From Jimgerdemannia flammicorona (Eukaryota): a DNA stretch of 33,930 nt. The notes under the pieces were generated by a model. That model searched no databases. It saw nothing but the letters and a program-made list of their open reading frames with translations, and was not told where the DNA came from. The translations under genes and the position numbers were made by a program. This document shows positions 1 to 11,675 of this stretch, piece by piece; positions within the stretch are counted from its first letter, which is position 1; every line of letters starts with the position of its first letter. The DNA is taken from the NCBI GenBank assembly GCA_003990765.1, contig RBNJ01000292.1, positions 1 to 33,930 of the forward strand, in the 5' to 3' direction.

Positions 1-33
<33 letters not shown>
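1..33 (+). repeat. poly(A) run at the window start, possibly the tail of an upstream retroposon
   Basis: 33 consecutive A; upstream context is not visible. Confidence 0.6.
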
Positions 34-38
<5 letters not shown>

Positions 39-1330
39 GATAATTACATTTAAAAGTTATCTTAGAACTTTAGTTGCTACTTTCAAAGATCTTGTTGATG
101 GGAATACCACCTTCCAGAGCCTCAGTAGAGGTCTCAGCACAGACTGAATGAGAGTGATGAATCAGATCAATATTAGCAGTCACTATATACTCAGAGAACT
201 AGATATATAGATATATAATCAGAAGTAAGAGAGAGTATATACTAATAAAGAGATAATTACTATTCAAGAGTAGTCAGAGAGATTTCATTTTCTAGATTTA
301 TTAAAAAGTTCAAAATACTGAATATATATATATCTTTATCTTCTATAAAGATAAAAATAGAACAGAATATCTTAGTGAGAGTATCTAATATATATTTCTT
401 AATTATATCAGCAGTAGAGACTATCTTGGTAGATTAATTATTAGTATAATCTCTGAAACTATATATTATTTTGCAAAGTTATTTATATATAATTTATTAA
501 GAGATATATAATGTAAGAAGAGTGTGTATCTTTTTTCTATATTGTATTTTTTACTTAATGAAATTATAAAGTTTCAGAGAAATCAAGAATAAGATAAGAG
601 TTATTATATTTCAGTAATTAGTCTTAGTCTTAAATAAAGAGAAGTAGAGATTAACTACTATAAATTAAATATATAATAGTTAGTAGTTTAGAAAGCTATA
701 TATTATTTACTATAAGTATCTATTAGCTAATAACTATCTAGATATTTCAAAATTTATATATATTTATTTTATTCTAAAAAAGTTATATAAGTAGTATTTA
801 GAATAAATCAAATTAAATTTATTTATTTAGAAGTATTATATAAGATAGTTAGTATATTATTTAGCAAAAGTATATATATAAGAAATTAATAAGTTATTAA
901 TAATATTAATAACTATAATATTAATATACTAATTTATAGTTTATAGAGAAAGATACTCAGATATTCTCTCAGATAAGTTTATAAATCTATAATATTAATA
1001 TTATAATATCTAAATATTATTACTAATTAGTTATATCAGTATATCTTATTTGTTATCTGAGTTATCTTTTTAGTTCTTATTAGAAGATAGTAGAAAAGAA
1101 AAATTATAGAAATAGTTACTATCTTGAGAAGTTTGAATTACCAACTTTATTATTTCTAAAATATATATATATATAATGAGAATAAACTATTAATATTTAT
1201 TTTTCATAACCTTATAAAGAGAGTAATTTAAGAGAATTCAGAGAGAGTTTATATATATTCTAAAGATTGATTAAAGATGTTTAAATATATTAATATCTAA
1301 TATGTAAGAGTTTATCTACTATATAACTAT

Positions 1331-1816
1331 TGTAATAGTTGATCTGAATTAGTAACATAAATCAGGAGAATAAGACATTTGATCACAGTACCTGAATCTG
1401 ATTTTCAAATATAATATAGCCTATATAGCAGTCATTTCACAACTGTTAAAGTTTTTATGAATGTTAAACTATTCACAGATGTTAAACTCTTCAATGATTG
1501 TTAAAGATTTAACAGATATCAAGGATTTAACACTTGTGAAAGAAATGACTTATAGAAAATATAGTCATAACTTAGCCATCTCATAGCTAGTAAAACTTGT
1601 ATAAATAACCTAGTATCTTAGAGTAAATAAAGCCTCAGATTGAAATAGTTCAAAGTAAAGAGATAGTAAAGGAACTAGTAAGCCTGTGGGCAGATATACT
1701 TCAAACTCACCCATCCTCCCCTACAACTCAAAGGACTCTGCAAGAGTCAGAACAGTCAAGTTCTCAAGATACAGAAATCTGACATACTTTCAAGAGTAAG
1801 TGTTCACTATATTACA
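1331..1816 (+). repeat. 5' LTR of element A
   Basis: Begins TGTAATAG and ends ATTACA; aligns with 11654-12139 at equal length; TATAAATA near 1600 and AATAAA near 1626. Confidence 0.95.
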
Positions 1817-1819
1817 ACT

Positions 1820-1836
1820 TGGTGCCCATTGGTTAG
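1820..1836 (+). promoter_or_regulatory. primer-binding site of element A
   Basis: TGGTGCCCATTGG begins 3 nt after the LTR; the same sequence occurs in B at 22291-22306 (-). The priming tRNA was not identified. Confidence 0.75.
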
Positions 1837-1930
1837 TAATTCAAGATGAATCTCTCACTTTTAAGCTAAATAATGAACAATCACCACTATCTGAACAACT
1901 ATATAAACTGAGCCCCAATACTCAGACAAG

Positions 1931-2236
1931 ATGGATATGAGACTACCAGTATTCTACAGATATACCTCAGATGAATCAATCATCACCTTCATTGATGATT
2001 TCAAGCAGTATGCTGCTGTAAGGACTCTGACAGTAGCACAGCAAGTAGCCCTTATGCCCTTTAGCCTATGAGGCCCTACAAGAGTAGCATTCACAGCTGC
2101 AAACTATGTGGGAAATGATGCTAATGCTACACTGATAGCACAGAAGACCTGGCTTTGAACTACCTACTATACAGACAAGATCAAGCAAGTTCTAAAGGAC
2201 CAGCTCAACACAATATGTGAAGGAATGAGTGAAGAT
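1931..2236 (+). pseudogene. element A gag, N-terminal part (interrupted by the LINE)
   Basis: MDMRLPVFYRYTSDESIITFIDDFKQY... with in-frame TGA stops; colinear with uninterrupted B gag starting at 22195 (-). Confidence 0.85.
2220..2236 (+). repeat. left target-site duplication of the LINE
   Basis: AAGGAATGAGTGAAGAT is repeated exactly at 8234-8250; B has a single diverged copy at ~21890-21906. Confidence 0.95.
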
Positions 2237-2322
2237 GGTACATTTTTCTCCAGTAACATTCAGGTTACACAACCCTTTGGCAACACTTTCAACATAGTTT
2301 CTGGAGAAAAGCTACTAGTATC

Positions 2323-4352
2323 ATGGCGATCAACGAGCGTCTGGAGGTGCATACTGGGCAGAGTGGCCCTGGAGCATTTGAATGGCAATAAGTGAGGAGA
2401 GGCCCTGGCTTGGAGGGAAGCATGAGGGGCCTGCTGGCGGGGGGCCATGGTGGAGGAGGGGGCGGAGCTGGAGGTCAAGGGTCTGGCAGGGCGAGCTTTG
2501 CGGAGATGATGAAGGGGGGTTGGCAGGGAGCTGGACTAGAGAGCTGGCTAAGAGGGGGGAAGGTACCAGTGGTGGCTTCCAGGCTATAGCCTCTTGGGGG
2601 TACCTCTCTAGAGGGCTATAGGAGTGGGGCTGGGGGGGTAGCGGCTGGGGCAGAGACTGCTGATGGGGGTGTGACAGGTGATCTGGAAAAAAATCTAGAT
2701 AGGACTGCTGATGGTGGGCCAAGTAGTGGGAAGGGCATGAGGCCCGGGGACCTGGCGGATGATGTAATGGGCCTGGTGGTGGCTCCATTACTTAAGAAGT
2801 CGATCTCAGTGTTCGCAGTCATGCTGTGCTTCCAGGGCTTAGCGGTGATAGCAAAAATGGTGTTGGGGCTTATCGCTAAGCAGGTGGCAGGAGCAGCTTT
2901 GGTGAAGTTTCTGAAGGGACTAGAGGGGGTGGAGGTGGGATTTGAGGAGGTTGGACCACTGGAGGAGGTGCTGAAGGTTGGGTTGGTAGTTGGGGAGGTA
3001 TGTGTTCTGATGGTACAGTGTCTGAAATGGGATCTGAGGGTGGTCCAACTGTTGGTGAATGGCATACCCACAGTGATGGCGATGGAGATGAGGAAGAGAG
3101 TGAAAGATGTCATGGCAGAGTATGGAGAGGTAGTAGATATCAGGTTCAGGGTCTGGGAAGGGACCACACTCAGGACTGGAGATGTGGATGTGAGAATTCG
3201 GCTGGCTGGGAAAGAGGCTACTGGAAAGATGAGGGACTGGCCTTCAGTGTTGATCTGGGGAGCTTTTCTGTGCAAGGTGACATGGGTGAAAGGGAGTGAA
3301 GAAGAGGAGGAAGATTTATTGGAAGTGCTGGAGGAGCTGGATGGGGCTGTGGAATAGCGAGCTAAGGTCTGGAAGTCTTTTGAGGAGTCGACACTCCTGG
3401 AGGTAGTGGATGGAAAGAGAATTCGGGTGGACAAGGTGCAGTGGGAAAGGGCTCAGAGGTGGAAGAGGCAGAAGGATCTGCTGGCTAAGTTGGGGGGTGG
3501 ACCACAGAAGGATGCGAGTGTGAAGATGGGGGCCGAAGGGGCCAGAGCGAGTGTCTGGGCTGGTGAGAGGAGTGGGAATGAGGGGGCAAAGTCAGGGAAG
3601 GCTAAGGAGGCAAAGGGCAGCGACCTATATGCTGACAGCACCTTGGAGGTTTGGGAGGAAGTCTGGGAGAACTCCCCCACCCCTTCCCCTCTTATCAGGC
3701 ATGGCCCGGCTTCCAGGAACAAGTCTGGGGAGGACGTGACGATGCTGGGGACCCAGCAGGTGAAATTTAGCATTCCGGAGGTATTGGATGGGGACTGAGT
3801 CATGGCAGCAGGGGAGGAGAAACTGGTGGATGTCCCGGAGGTGTGGGATGAGGACACGAGTGTGGGAGCTGACACCATGATGCTGGATGGAGGGAGGCCA
3901 GTGACCCCTGGTGGAAAGGAGGTGGGGAACCTACTTTGGATGTGTCAGATGATGAATAACCTGGTGGCAGAAGAGCTGGGGGAGGTGGACTTGCGTGGGA
4001 TGGGGGATGAGCACTGGGTAAGAATTTTGCAGGGAGAAGAAGTGGTGATGGCACTGAAGGCAGAAATTCTGGCAGTGTATCTGGAGGAGGAGGGTATGAG
4101 GTAGATAAGGAGAGGGAGGCGGAGTTGGCAGTGGTTGCTGGGGAGAAGGCTGAGTACTATTGGAACAGGCATCATGGGTTGCAGCTCTGGTAAGAGGCTT
4201 GCATCGAGTACTGAGAGGAGTTTGAGGAGAAGGCTGATGAGGAGATGAATGAGCTGTTGGCTGGACTGGAGGCTCAGAGGGCAGAAGAGGAGGAGGTGAT
4301 GGCTGAACATAATCTGGACATAGCGTGGGAGGAGAGGGGCATAGAGCAGTAG
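2323..4352 (+). pseudogene. LINE ORF1 (RRM-like nucleic-acid-binding protein), disrupted
   Basis: ORF pieces at 2392, 2671, 3406 and 3802 share one frame from the ATG at 2323. RRM-like segment LLVNGIP...VMAEYGEVVDI...RTGDVDVRIRL. A probable 1-nt frameshift near 4095 leads into an acidic tail. Confidence 0.7.
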
Positions 4353-4381
4353 GGATTGAATGAGAACAACCATATTTTACT

Positions 4382-7300
4382 ATGAACAGTACAACCAATA
4401 TTTTTTCTTTGAACGTGAATGGACTGAGGGGCGCAGTTCAACATAGGAACATTTTTATTTGATTGAAGGGATTGGAGGCCGATCTCTTCCTCTTGCAGGA
4501 TATCAGGTGCGAGGATGATGCTAATAGGATGGAATGGACTAAGGAATGGGGTGGTATGGTGACTTGGAACAGTAAGGTCGGTATTCTGGTTCAGAAAGGC
4601 AGAGGGGAGATAAAGGATGTGAGGAGCTGGGGGGAAAGATTGGTCTGGGGTGAGTGGATCCATGCGGGGTGGGAGTCAGTCACTGTTGGCTCCTGTTACT
4701 GCCCTGCTGTGCAGAGGGAGCATGTGGATTGGGTGAACAGGCTCCTGGAGAGTGGGATCCTTGCTGAAGCTGGGTTGGATATGCTTGGAGGAGATTTCAA
4801 TATGGTTTGGGATGTACAGCTGGATAGAACTGATAGAGGATGGGGTGCGGAGAGCAGGAGTAGGGGGTTGGCAACATGGGTGGAGGTTGAAAGGCTTGGA
4901 GCACTGGTGGATGCTGGCAGGGAGTACTGGGGGGACAGGAGGATATACATGCATTGGGCTGGAGGTCTGGGGACAAGAATTGACTGGATTCTGACAGCCA
5001 ACTGTTGGGGCCGTGATGTTTGGAAGATGATAGAGGTAGAATGGTGTCCATGGTCAGATCACTGGGGCCTCTTGGGACAGGGGTGCTTTGGGGGAAGTAG
5101 AGATGGGCCTGGACATTGGTGCCTAAATTCCTCCTTGTTGAATGATGAGGCCCAGTGGGAGGAGTGGGCAAATGACATTCAGCTGAAGGTAGTGAATTGG
5201 CAGCAGGAAGGGGCCACGATTGGGATTCAGTGGATGAGGTTGAAAGAGATGGCCAGGATGTATTGGAGCGAGGCTGGCAGAGTGGCTGGGAAGCAGCGAA
5301 GGCAGAAAGTGCATTGGGCTTCTACTAGATTGGCTAGGCTCCTGGAGGAGTGGGCAAGAATGGTGGCAGTAGAGGGAGAAGAGGAGTGGAGAATAATGAG
5401 GGTGAAGATAGAGGTTGGAGAACTGCAACAGGTGCTGCGGGAAGAGGAAGAGTCAAGGGTGCAAGGCCTGATGGCACAGCTTTGTTGGCAGGGGCTGGAG
5501 GAAGGGGAGAGGCCTTCTAAGTTTCTCACAAGGACACTTCGAGCGAGAAGGGTGCAGCAGTGGTGGGAAGGGGTACTTGACTCAGATGATGTACTAGTGC
5601 ATGGTGTACAGGACATTCTTGGAATGCTGAAGGCACAATGGAGTAGATTGTGGAGTGAGGAGGAGGGTGGGGCAGATGCTATGGCCATTGATCAAACATT
5701 AGAGGATTGGCACCCACCACATGCTGAGAGACTAGGTGACCTGGTGTTGCCTGTAAAGGAGGTCGAGATCCACCAGGTTCTTGCTGCGACAGCCTCGGGT
5801 ATGGCGCCTGGGGAGGATGGCCTCCCCTGGGACTTCTGGAAGTGAATAGTTGGAGTCCCAGGTATATTGGAGGAGTTGACAGCACTGTGTGACTCTATAT
5901 TGCAGTCAGGGAGATGGGTGGGGGAGCAAGACCTTGGGCTGGTGATGCTGCTTTATAAGAACAAGAGAAGGTGAGAGGATTGGAAGAACTGGCAGCCGAT
6001 AATGTTGCTAGATATGGACAGGAAGTTGGTGACTAAGGTGGTAGTCGCAAGGCTACAGAAGGTAGCCCAGCAAATTGTGGGTGTTGAGCAGAGGGGCTTC
6101 ATAGGGTGTCGGCTTATTAGAGATGGTACAGCCTGGGTACATGGAGTTATTGAAGGTGCTCGAGCCTGTGGACTAGATGGGCATCTTGTCTTCTTGGATC
6201 AGGAGAAGGCTTATGACTGGGTGCGGCGAGTCTGGCTGGCAAAAGTATTAGATAGAATTGGAGTTCCAGACCCATTTCAGTTGGCAATGGTCAGCCTACT
6301 GGAAAGGAGTAGGGCTGTGCTCGTGTGCAATGGGCATCAAGGGGTGGCTTTCCCTCTGGGTAGGGGAGTGCCCCAGGGGGACCCACTGTCCCCCATTTTA
6401 TATGCTCTTTCCTTGGAACCTCTAATGGACAGGATTTGACAGAAGATTGTGGGGCTCTCTATCTATGGTGTTGGCTGGAAGGTTGGAGCCTTTGCGGACG
6501 ATATGGTGGTTGGTTTGGGAGTGACTGCGGATGTCGAGGAGCTCCGGAAGACTGTAGAGTGGTATGAGGAGAACTCTGGAGCGAAGCTGAATTGGCACAA
6601 GTGCGAAACAATGGTGCTGGGCAATGGCTTGGTGGGTGGAGAGGTTATTGGAACAATTGTCCCCACCGAAGAGGCAGTGTGGTACTTGGGCATCTATTTA
6701 TCGGTCTATGGGTCTGTTTTGCCCAGGCTGTGGTGAGAGCAGCGGATTGGAATTTGGGAGGAGGACTTGTGGGGTTGGGGGGGTAGACACTTCTCTCTGG
6801 CTGGAAGGGTCTCAATTCTGAATGTATATTGGTTGCCAAAGCTGTGGTATTTAGCCTATCATCTGGACTTCCCAGCCTGGGTAGTAAAGAGATTGGTGAA
6901 GGTGGCCAAGGGATGGATTTGGGCTGGCAGACAGAGTCAGATTGACTGGGAGACTTTGTTCCTACCGGTGGCAAGGGGTGGTCTTGGGCTGGTGGACTTT
7001 CCCAAAAGACTACACTGCTTGAGGGCTTGGTGGCTGAGGAGGGTGGTGGAGCTGCATGGAGGGGGCTGGGTTCCCCTGTTGCAGAAGATATGGGAGAGGC
7101 AGACATCGCCTAGAGGCTTGACTGGTGATCTTCTTTCATTAGTTGGGCTTCAGAACACTGTGCAACTGAGATATAAAGGCTTCTAGTGGGGGATAGCCAA
7201 GGGGGCACACCACATTGGTATTCACTGGCAAGGGGATGAGGGGGAGCGGGCTTGGGACTTAGCGATGTGGAGATGGGATAGCATTCTTCTGGGAGGCATG

Positions 7301-8038
7301 CCTTTACTGGAGTTCAACATTAGTAATAGCATCGAATGCCAAAGGGGTCCAGGCCAGGATCTGTGGCCTAGTGGTTGGCAAGAAGTCGGAATTGGTGAGG
7401 AGTGAGACTGGCATAGAGTTTGGACCTGGAGTGCCACAGTGAAAAATTGGATGCTGCTGAAGTACTGGATAGTCTGGTGGCGTGTGCTGAGGAGGAATGT
7501 GATGCTTAACTTTCACTTGGGACACCTTGTTGTAGGGGGCTGCTTTGACTGCGAGGAGTGCCATAATGTTGGGCAGGAAGGGGGATTGGTACAGATGCCA
7601 GAACATTGGCTAGGGGAGTGTGAGATGTTGGGAGACTTTTGGCAGACCATTAGTGACCACTTGGGGGTAAGGCGTAGGGGGGATGATGTACGGGGGAGGT
7701 GGGAGGACCTGAGGGATTGATTGATAGGAGGGGTAGGGGAAGAGTGGATTACTCTAGGCTGGGCATTGGCTATTTGGGTTGGGCTGGCCAGATACTGGCT
7801 ATTTGTATTTGAGGGGGAGAAGCAACAGAGCTTGGGGAGCTGGTTGGCAAGATGGCAGTACCTTATGGAGGATACCTTGATAGGCTGGTGGCTTGGTTGG
7901 GGGCTGCAGGGGGGTCGGAGGTGCTGCTTGGTGGTGAAAATCTGTGGCCAGAGTGGTGAGAGGGTGGGAGTTGTTGGTGAGAGGGTGGTCTTTATACATG
8001 ATAAGGTAGGGTGGGGCCCCCCAATGGAGATCGGATAG
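4382..8038 (+). pseudogene. LINE ORF2: AP endonuclease, reverse transcriptase and C-terminal Cys/His domain
   Basis: SLNVNGL, GGDFN, RID and SDH (APE); FLDQEKAYD, GVPQGDPLSP, AFADD and YLG (RT); CFDC...EHWLGEC. All ORF pieces share one frame and are broken only by stop codons. Confidence 0.95.
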
Positions 8039-8233
8039 TGGGTGGTGATATTGTATACTTATTCATAGACTGGTAATAAAGATGGAGTCCAAGGGACTAT
8101 AAAAAAAAAAATGGCTGGTCTGTATATACAATCCAGCGAAAGAGCTGATTTTGAAATTCTGCCAAAGAGTATGGCTAAATATTTTTGATTAAATGACATT
8201 GTTGGTACAGAAAAAAAAAAAAAAAAAAAAAAA

Positions 8234-8250
8234 AAGGAATGAGTGAAGAT
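8234..8250 (+). repeat. right target-site duplication of the LINE
   Basis: Identical to 2220-2236. Confidence 0.95.
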
Positions 8251-11200
8251 CCAAACACATTCTACACAAGAATCTAATACTAGATAATCCTTGTAGATTA
8301 TGCTGATATTATCTGAGACCAAGTAGCTGAAGCAACCTTCATGAAAGGAGTCTACCCAGAGATAACTATGGCCATCTGCTCATTACCAGTGATTCTGGAT
8401 CTGCCACAGAAGGTCACCTATGCTCAGCAATACTGGATAGCCAGACATCCACAAGACCATACAATGGAGAGGATCACAGGAGTCAGAATTAAAGCACCTA
8501 AGGCAACCAGTGTAATCTCTACCACAATGATCAATCAAAACACACCTTAGCCCAAAGCTACAAAGTAGCAAAAGAACAGTAACTCTTTGGAGAAACTTAC
8601 CAAGAGGTTTGCAGAAATGACTACCCACCTGGGAGATGTAGTAAAAGAGATCAGAGGAAGAGACTGCCACTTTGTTTAGAAGTTTGCTGCCACCTCAGAT
8701 AAGAAGAAAGATATCTGCTACACCTGTGGAGAAGAAGGCCACTACTCCTATAAATATATGAGCAAAACCAAGTACAAGGCCCAGCCAAGTAATGCCACTA
8801 GAAACAAGGAGCAGGCCAATATAATTATCTTCGAAGAAATTGCAGATTCTGACAAAGAAGAATGGGAGGCCTATCCTGCCCAGACCACTAAGAAGGATGT
8901 TTACAAAAAGCCCTACAAGAGACTGCTGGAAAGACCCAAGAAGAACCCAGTAGAAAAGCAGATGGAAACTGCCACAGAAAGTCAAGCCAAAGAGATGGAC
9001 CAAGATATGGAGCTGGAGCAAGCAGTTCAAGATATTATTCAAGGAACCACTCCAGCCAGTGAAGGAGAAAAAGAAAAGAAACTTTATAAGACCAAGACTT
9101 TCAAGTATGATATCTTCAAGGATCTTAGCCAACAAAAGGTCAATGCAACTTTTGGTCAGCTCACAGAAATCCCAACATTCAGACAGCAAATGAGGTTTGG
9201 ACTCACTGAAACAACTAAGGAGCAAGGATGGAAGATAACTGAGGCCAATAATGTTCAAGAGGACTCAGGAGAAGAAAGTGAAGATAATCACAAAACCTCT
9301 GCCTATGCAATATGCCAGATTGAGGATAGAATCTTTGAAGCTATCATTGATACTGGAGCAGAAGGATGTCTTCTCAGCAAGAAGGCAGCAGACCACCTAG
9401 GTTGGGAGGTTGAAGAAGTAATCAAGTTGGTGTTTGTCACAGCAGATGGCACAAGAGCCACCCCTCTGGGAAGGATCTGAGATGTCTCCATCAATATTGG
9501 AGGAGCAACCATTCCAGTAGATGTAATCATAACCAATGCCACAAACTATGACATCCTCATCAGCAATTAATAGCTTTACAAAGCTAGGGCAGTAATTGAC
9601 CTCAATGCTCAGAAGATGCAAATAATCTATCAGAGACAGAAGATATGAATTCCCATCAATGTCAACAAAAGAGTCTTGCCTGATATGGAGAAAAAAGAGA
9701 ACAAGCAAGAGGAAGCTTATATGGTAACTATTCTGAAGAAGAAAGTAGAATGGATGAGTGAAGAAGAATAGTGCAAGAAGATCACAGAAGGCTATGCACT
9801 ACAAGGAGTCTGTCCTCACAGGATCAAGATATACTATATGCAGCATATCAATGATTGCTATCAGTGCACCATCAGAATCAAAAAGATCCACCAGGAAAGA
9901 AGACAGAAAGCTCTCAAAAAACAGGTCAGAGAAGAGAAGGAGGAGGAAGATAATGAACCACCAGCTCTTCTGGAGGACAGTGACAATGAAGAAATCAAGG
10001 TCAAGATTCGAAGGACCCACCCTGATGCAGTCCTGCCAGAATACCAGTCAGAAAATATAGCTGGAATAGATATCACCACAGTAGAAGAAGCCATACTGGA
10101 ACTCCAGACAACCACCCTACTCACAACTGGACTAGAGATAACTATTCCAAAGGATCATGTTGGGATCCTCAAGACAAGAAGCAGCCTAGCCAGAAGCAAA
10201 ATTACTATTGAAGGAGGAGTCATCAATTCTGACTATACTGGAGAAATCCTGTTCATTATCAGGAATCACAATTCTACAATTTCATTCCCAGTCAAGAAGA
10301 AGGACTGATTGGCACAGATGCTGATCTTTCTAATTCTACAACCAAGGATCATAGAAGTCAAGAATTTGGAGAAAATGAAAAGAGAAAAGAAAGGATTTAG
10401 ATCTATAGGAAGAGGAGTATTCACCAGTACCAAGATCACCAAACTGGAGTATAAGAAGGAAGAAACCACAAACAAGCACAGCTACACCATTGGAAATGAA
10501 TTCCCACTCAAGGAAGAACTCAAGAAAATACTCCATGAATTCGAGGATATCCTTACTACAGATTTCAAGGATATCAAAGGAAAGACTCCACACTACTATC
10601 ATGAGGTAGATACTAGAGACACCAAACCAATTTACCAGAAGGCAAGACCTGTCCTGCCAGTCTACCAAGAATAGCTCAGAGAAGAAATCAAGCAGATGGA
10701 AGAAGCTGGTATTATCAAAGAAGCCAGTAGTCCCTGGTCTTCACCAGTTGTACTAGCCCTGAAAAAAGGAAGTAAGTCTGGAGAATTTGCCCCAAGACTC
10801 TGTATTAACTACAGAAAGCTCAATGTGGTTACCAAGAAGAATCGCCAACAACTGCCCCTCATCAGCGACATCCTTATAATACTAGGAGATGAAGCACACT
10901 ACTACAGCACCTTAGACTTATACTCAGGATTCCACAAAATTGGACTCACAGAAATGGCAAGTAAAAAGTCAGCCTTCATCACCTCTGATGGAACCTATAT
11001 CTACCTGTGAATGCCATTTGGGATGTGCAATACACCAGCAAGCTTCCAGCAAATGATGAACAAAATCTTCTGCTATGACATGGGAAGATGGATGATAGTT
11101 TATGTTGATGATGTAATTATCTACAGCAAGATACTTGAGGAATATCTGCAGCACATATGGCAGATAATAAAGAGACTAAGACAACATGGCCTTTACATCA

Positions 11201-11312
11201 AACCCAAGAAGTACAAGTTTGCAGAAATTGAGATCTCCTACCTTGGCTATGTTATCAATCAAGATGGAACACATATGGACTCCCTTAAGATATAAGTAGT
11301 AGTGGTATATCC
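8251..11312 (+). pseudogene. element A gag-pol remainder: capsid, CCHC knuckle, aspartic protease, Zn motif, dUTPase, RT (no RNase H or integrase)
   Basis: CYTCGEEGH (~8715), AIIDTGA (~9340), PWSSPVV, LDLYSGFH, MPFG, YVDD and YLGY. ORF pieces at 8341, 8758, 9838, 10309, 10696 and 11011 share one frame. Confidence 0.93.
9994..10410 (+). pseudogene. dut: trimeric-type dUTPase domain in element A polyprotein
   Basis: Five motifs in order: AGID, RSSLA, GGVINSDYTGE, LAQML and REKKGFRSIG. Confidence 0.93.
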
Positions 11313-11675
11313 AAGGCCTATTAGAACTGAACTGAGTTTCAGAAATACTTCAAACTGAGACAACTACTGAATTCACAGCCAGAGATGGGAAAAGAAGACT
11401 GGATTAGAGAGTGCTAGCTTTTCCATACTTAGATCATAATTACCAAATGAATCAACAAGTTGTTCAAAGATGATAAACCAGCCTTAGCCCACTTTTGAGG
11501 AGTAGTCCCAGGAGATTTCGGACATATCAAAAGACATCATTGGGAGAATATAATGACACAAATTGCACAGTACAAGGAGATACAAATCATAGAAGCATGA
11601 GAGTTTGAGTAAATAGGATGTTTCAGGGATGAATTACCTATTCAGGAAGAAGTTGTGACAGTTGATCTGAATTAG
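11313..11675 (+). pseudogene. element A post-integrase ORF3, 5'-truncated, unknown product
   Basis: Colinear, indel-free translation matches B 16517-16880; ends TAG TAA inside the 3' LTR. Confidence 0.65.
11644..11653 (+). promoter_or_regulatory. polypurine tract of element A
   Basis: AGGAAGAAGT abuts the 3' LTR; B has AGGAGGAAGA at 16539-16548 (-). Confidence 0.75.

Larger units (their letters stand above)
2237..8233 (+). mobile_element. full-length non-LTR retrotransposon, L1/Tx1-like clade
   Basis: 17-bp TSD, poly(A) at 8211-8235, ORF1 and an APE-RT-Zn ORF2; the sense strand is G-rich, unlike the flanks. Confidence 0.95.

Noticed and set aside
34..1330. Very AT-rich relic (continuing at 12144-12801) with faint hints of a DNA-transposase frame, e.g. 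IFHNLIKRVI
   Set aside because: Too decayed; no ordered set of motifs could be recovered by eye.
1444..1534. CRISPR-like array interpretation of the palindromic repeats
   Set aside because: The units are adjacent with no spacers, lie inside an LTR, and no cas genes are present.
2260..7999. Many minus-strand Pro/Ser/His-rich ORFs over the LINE
   Set aside because: Antisense shadows of a G-rich coding strand; no recognisable domains.
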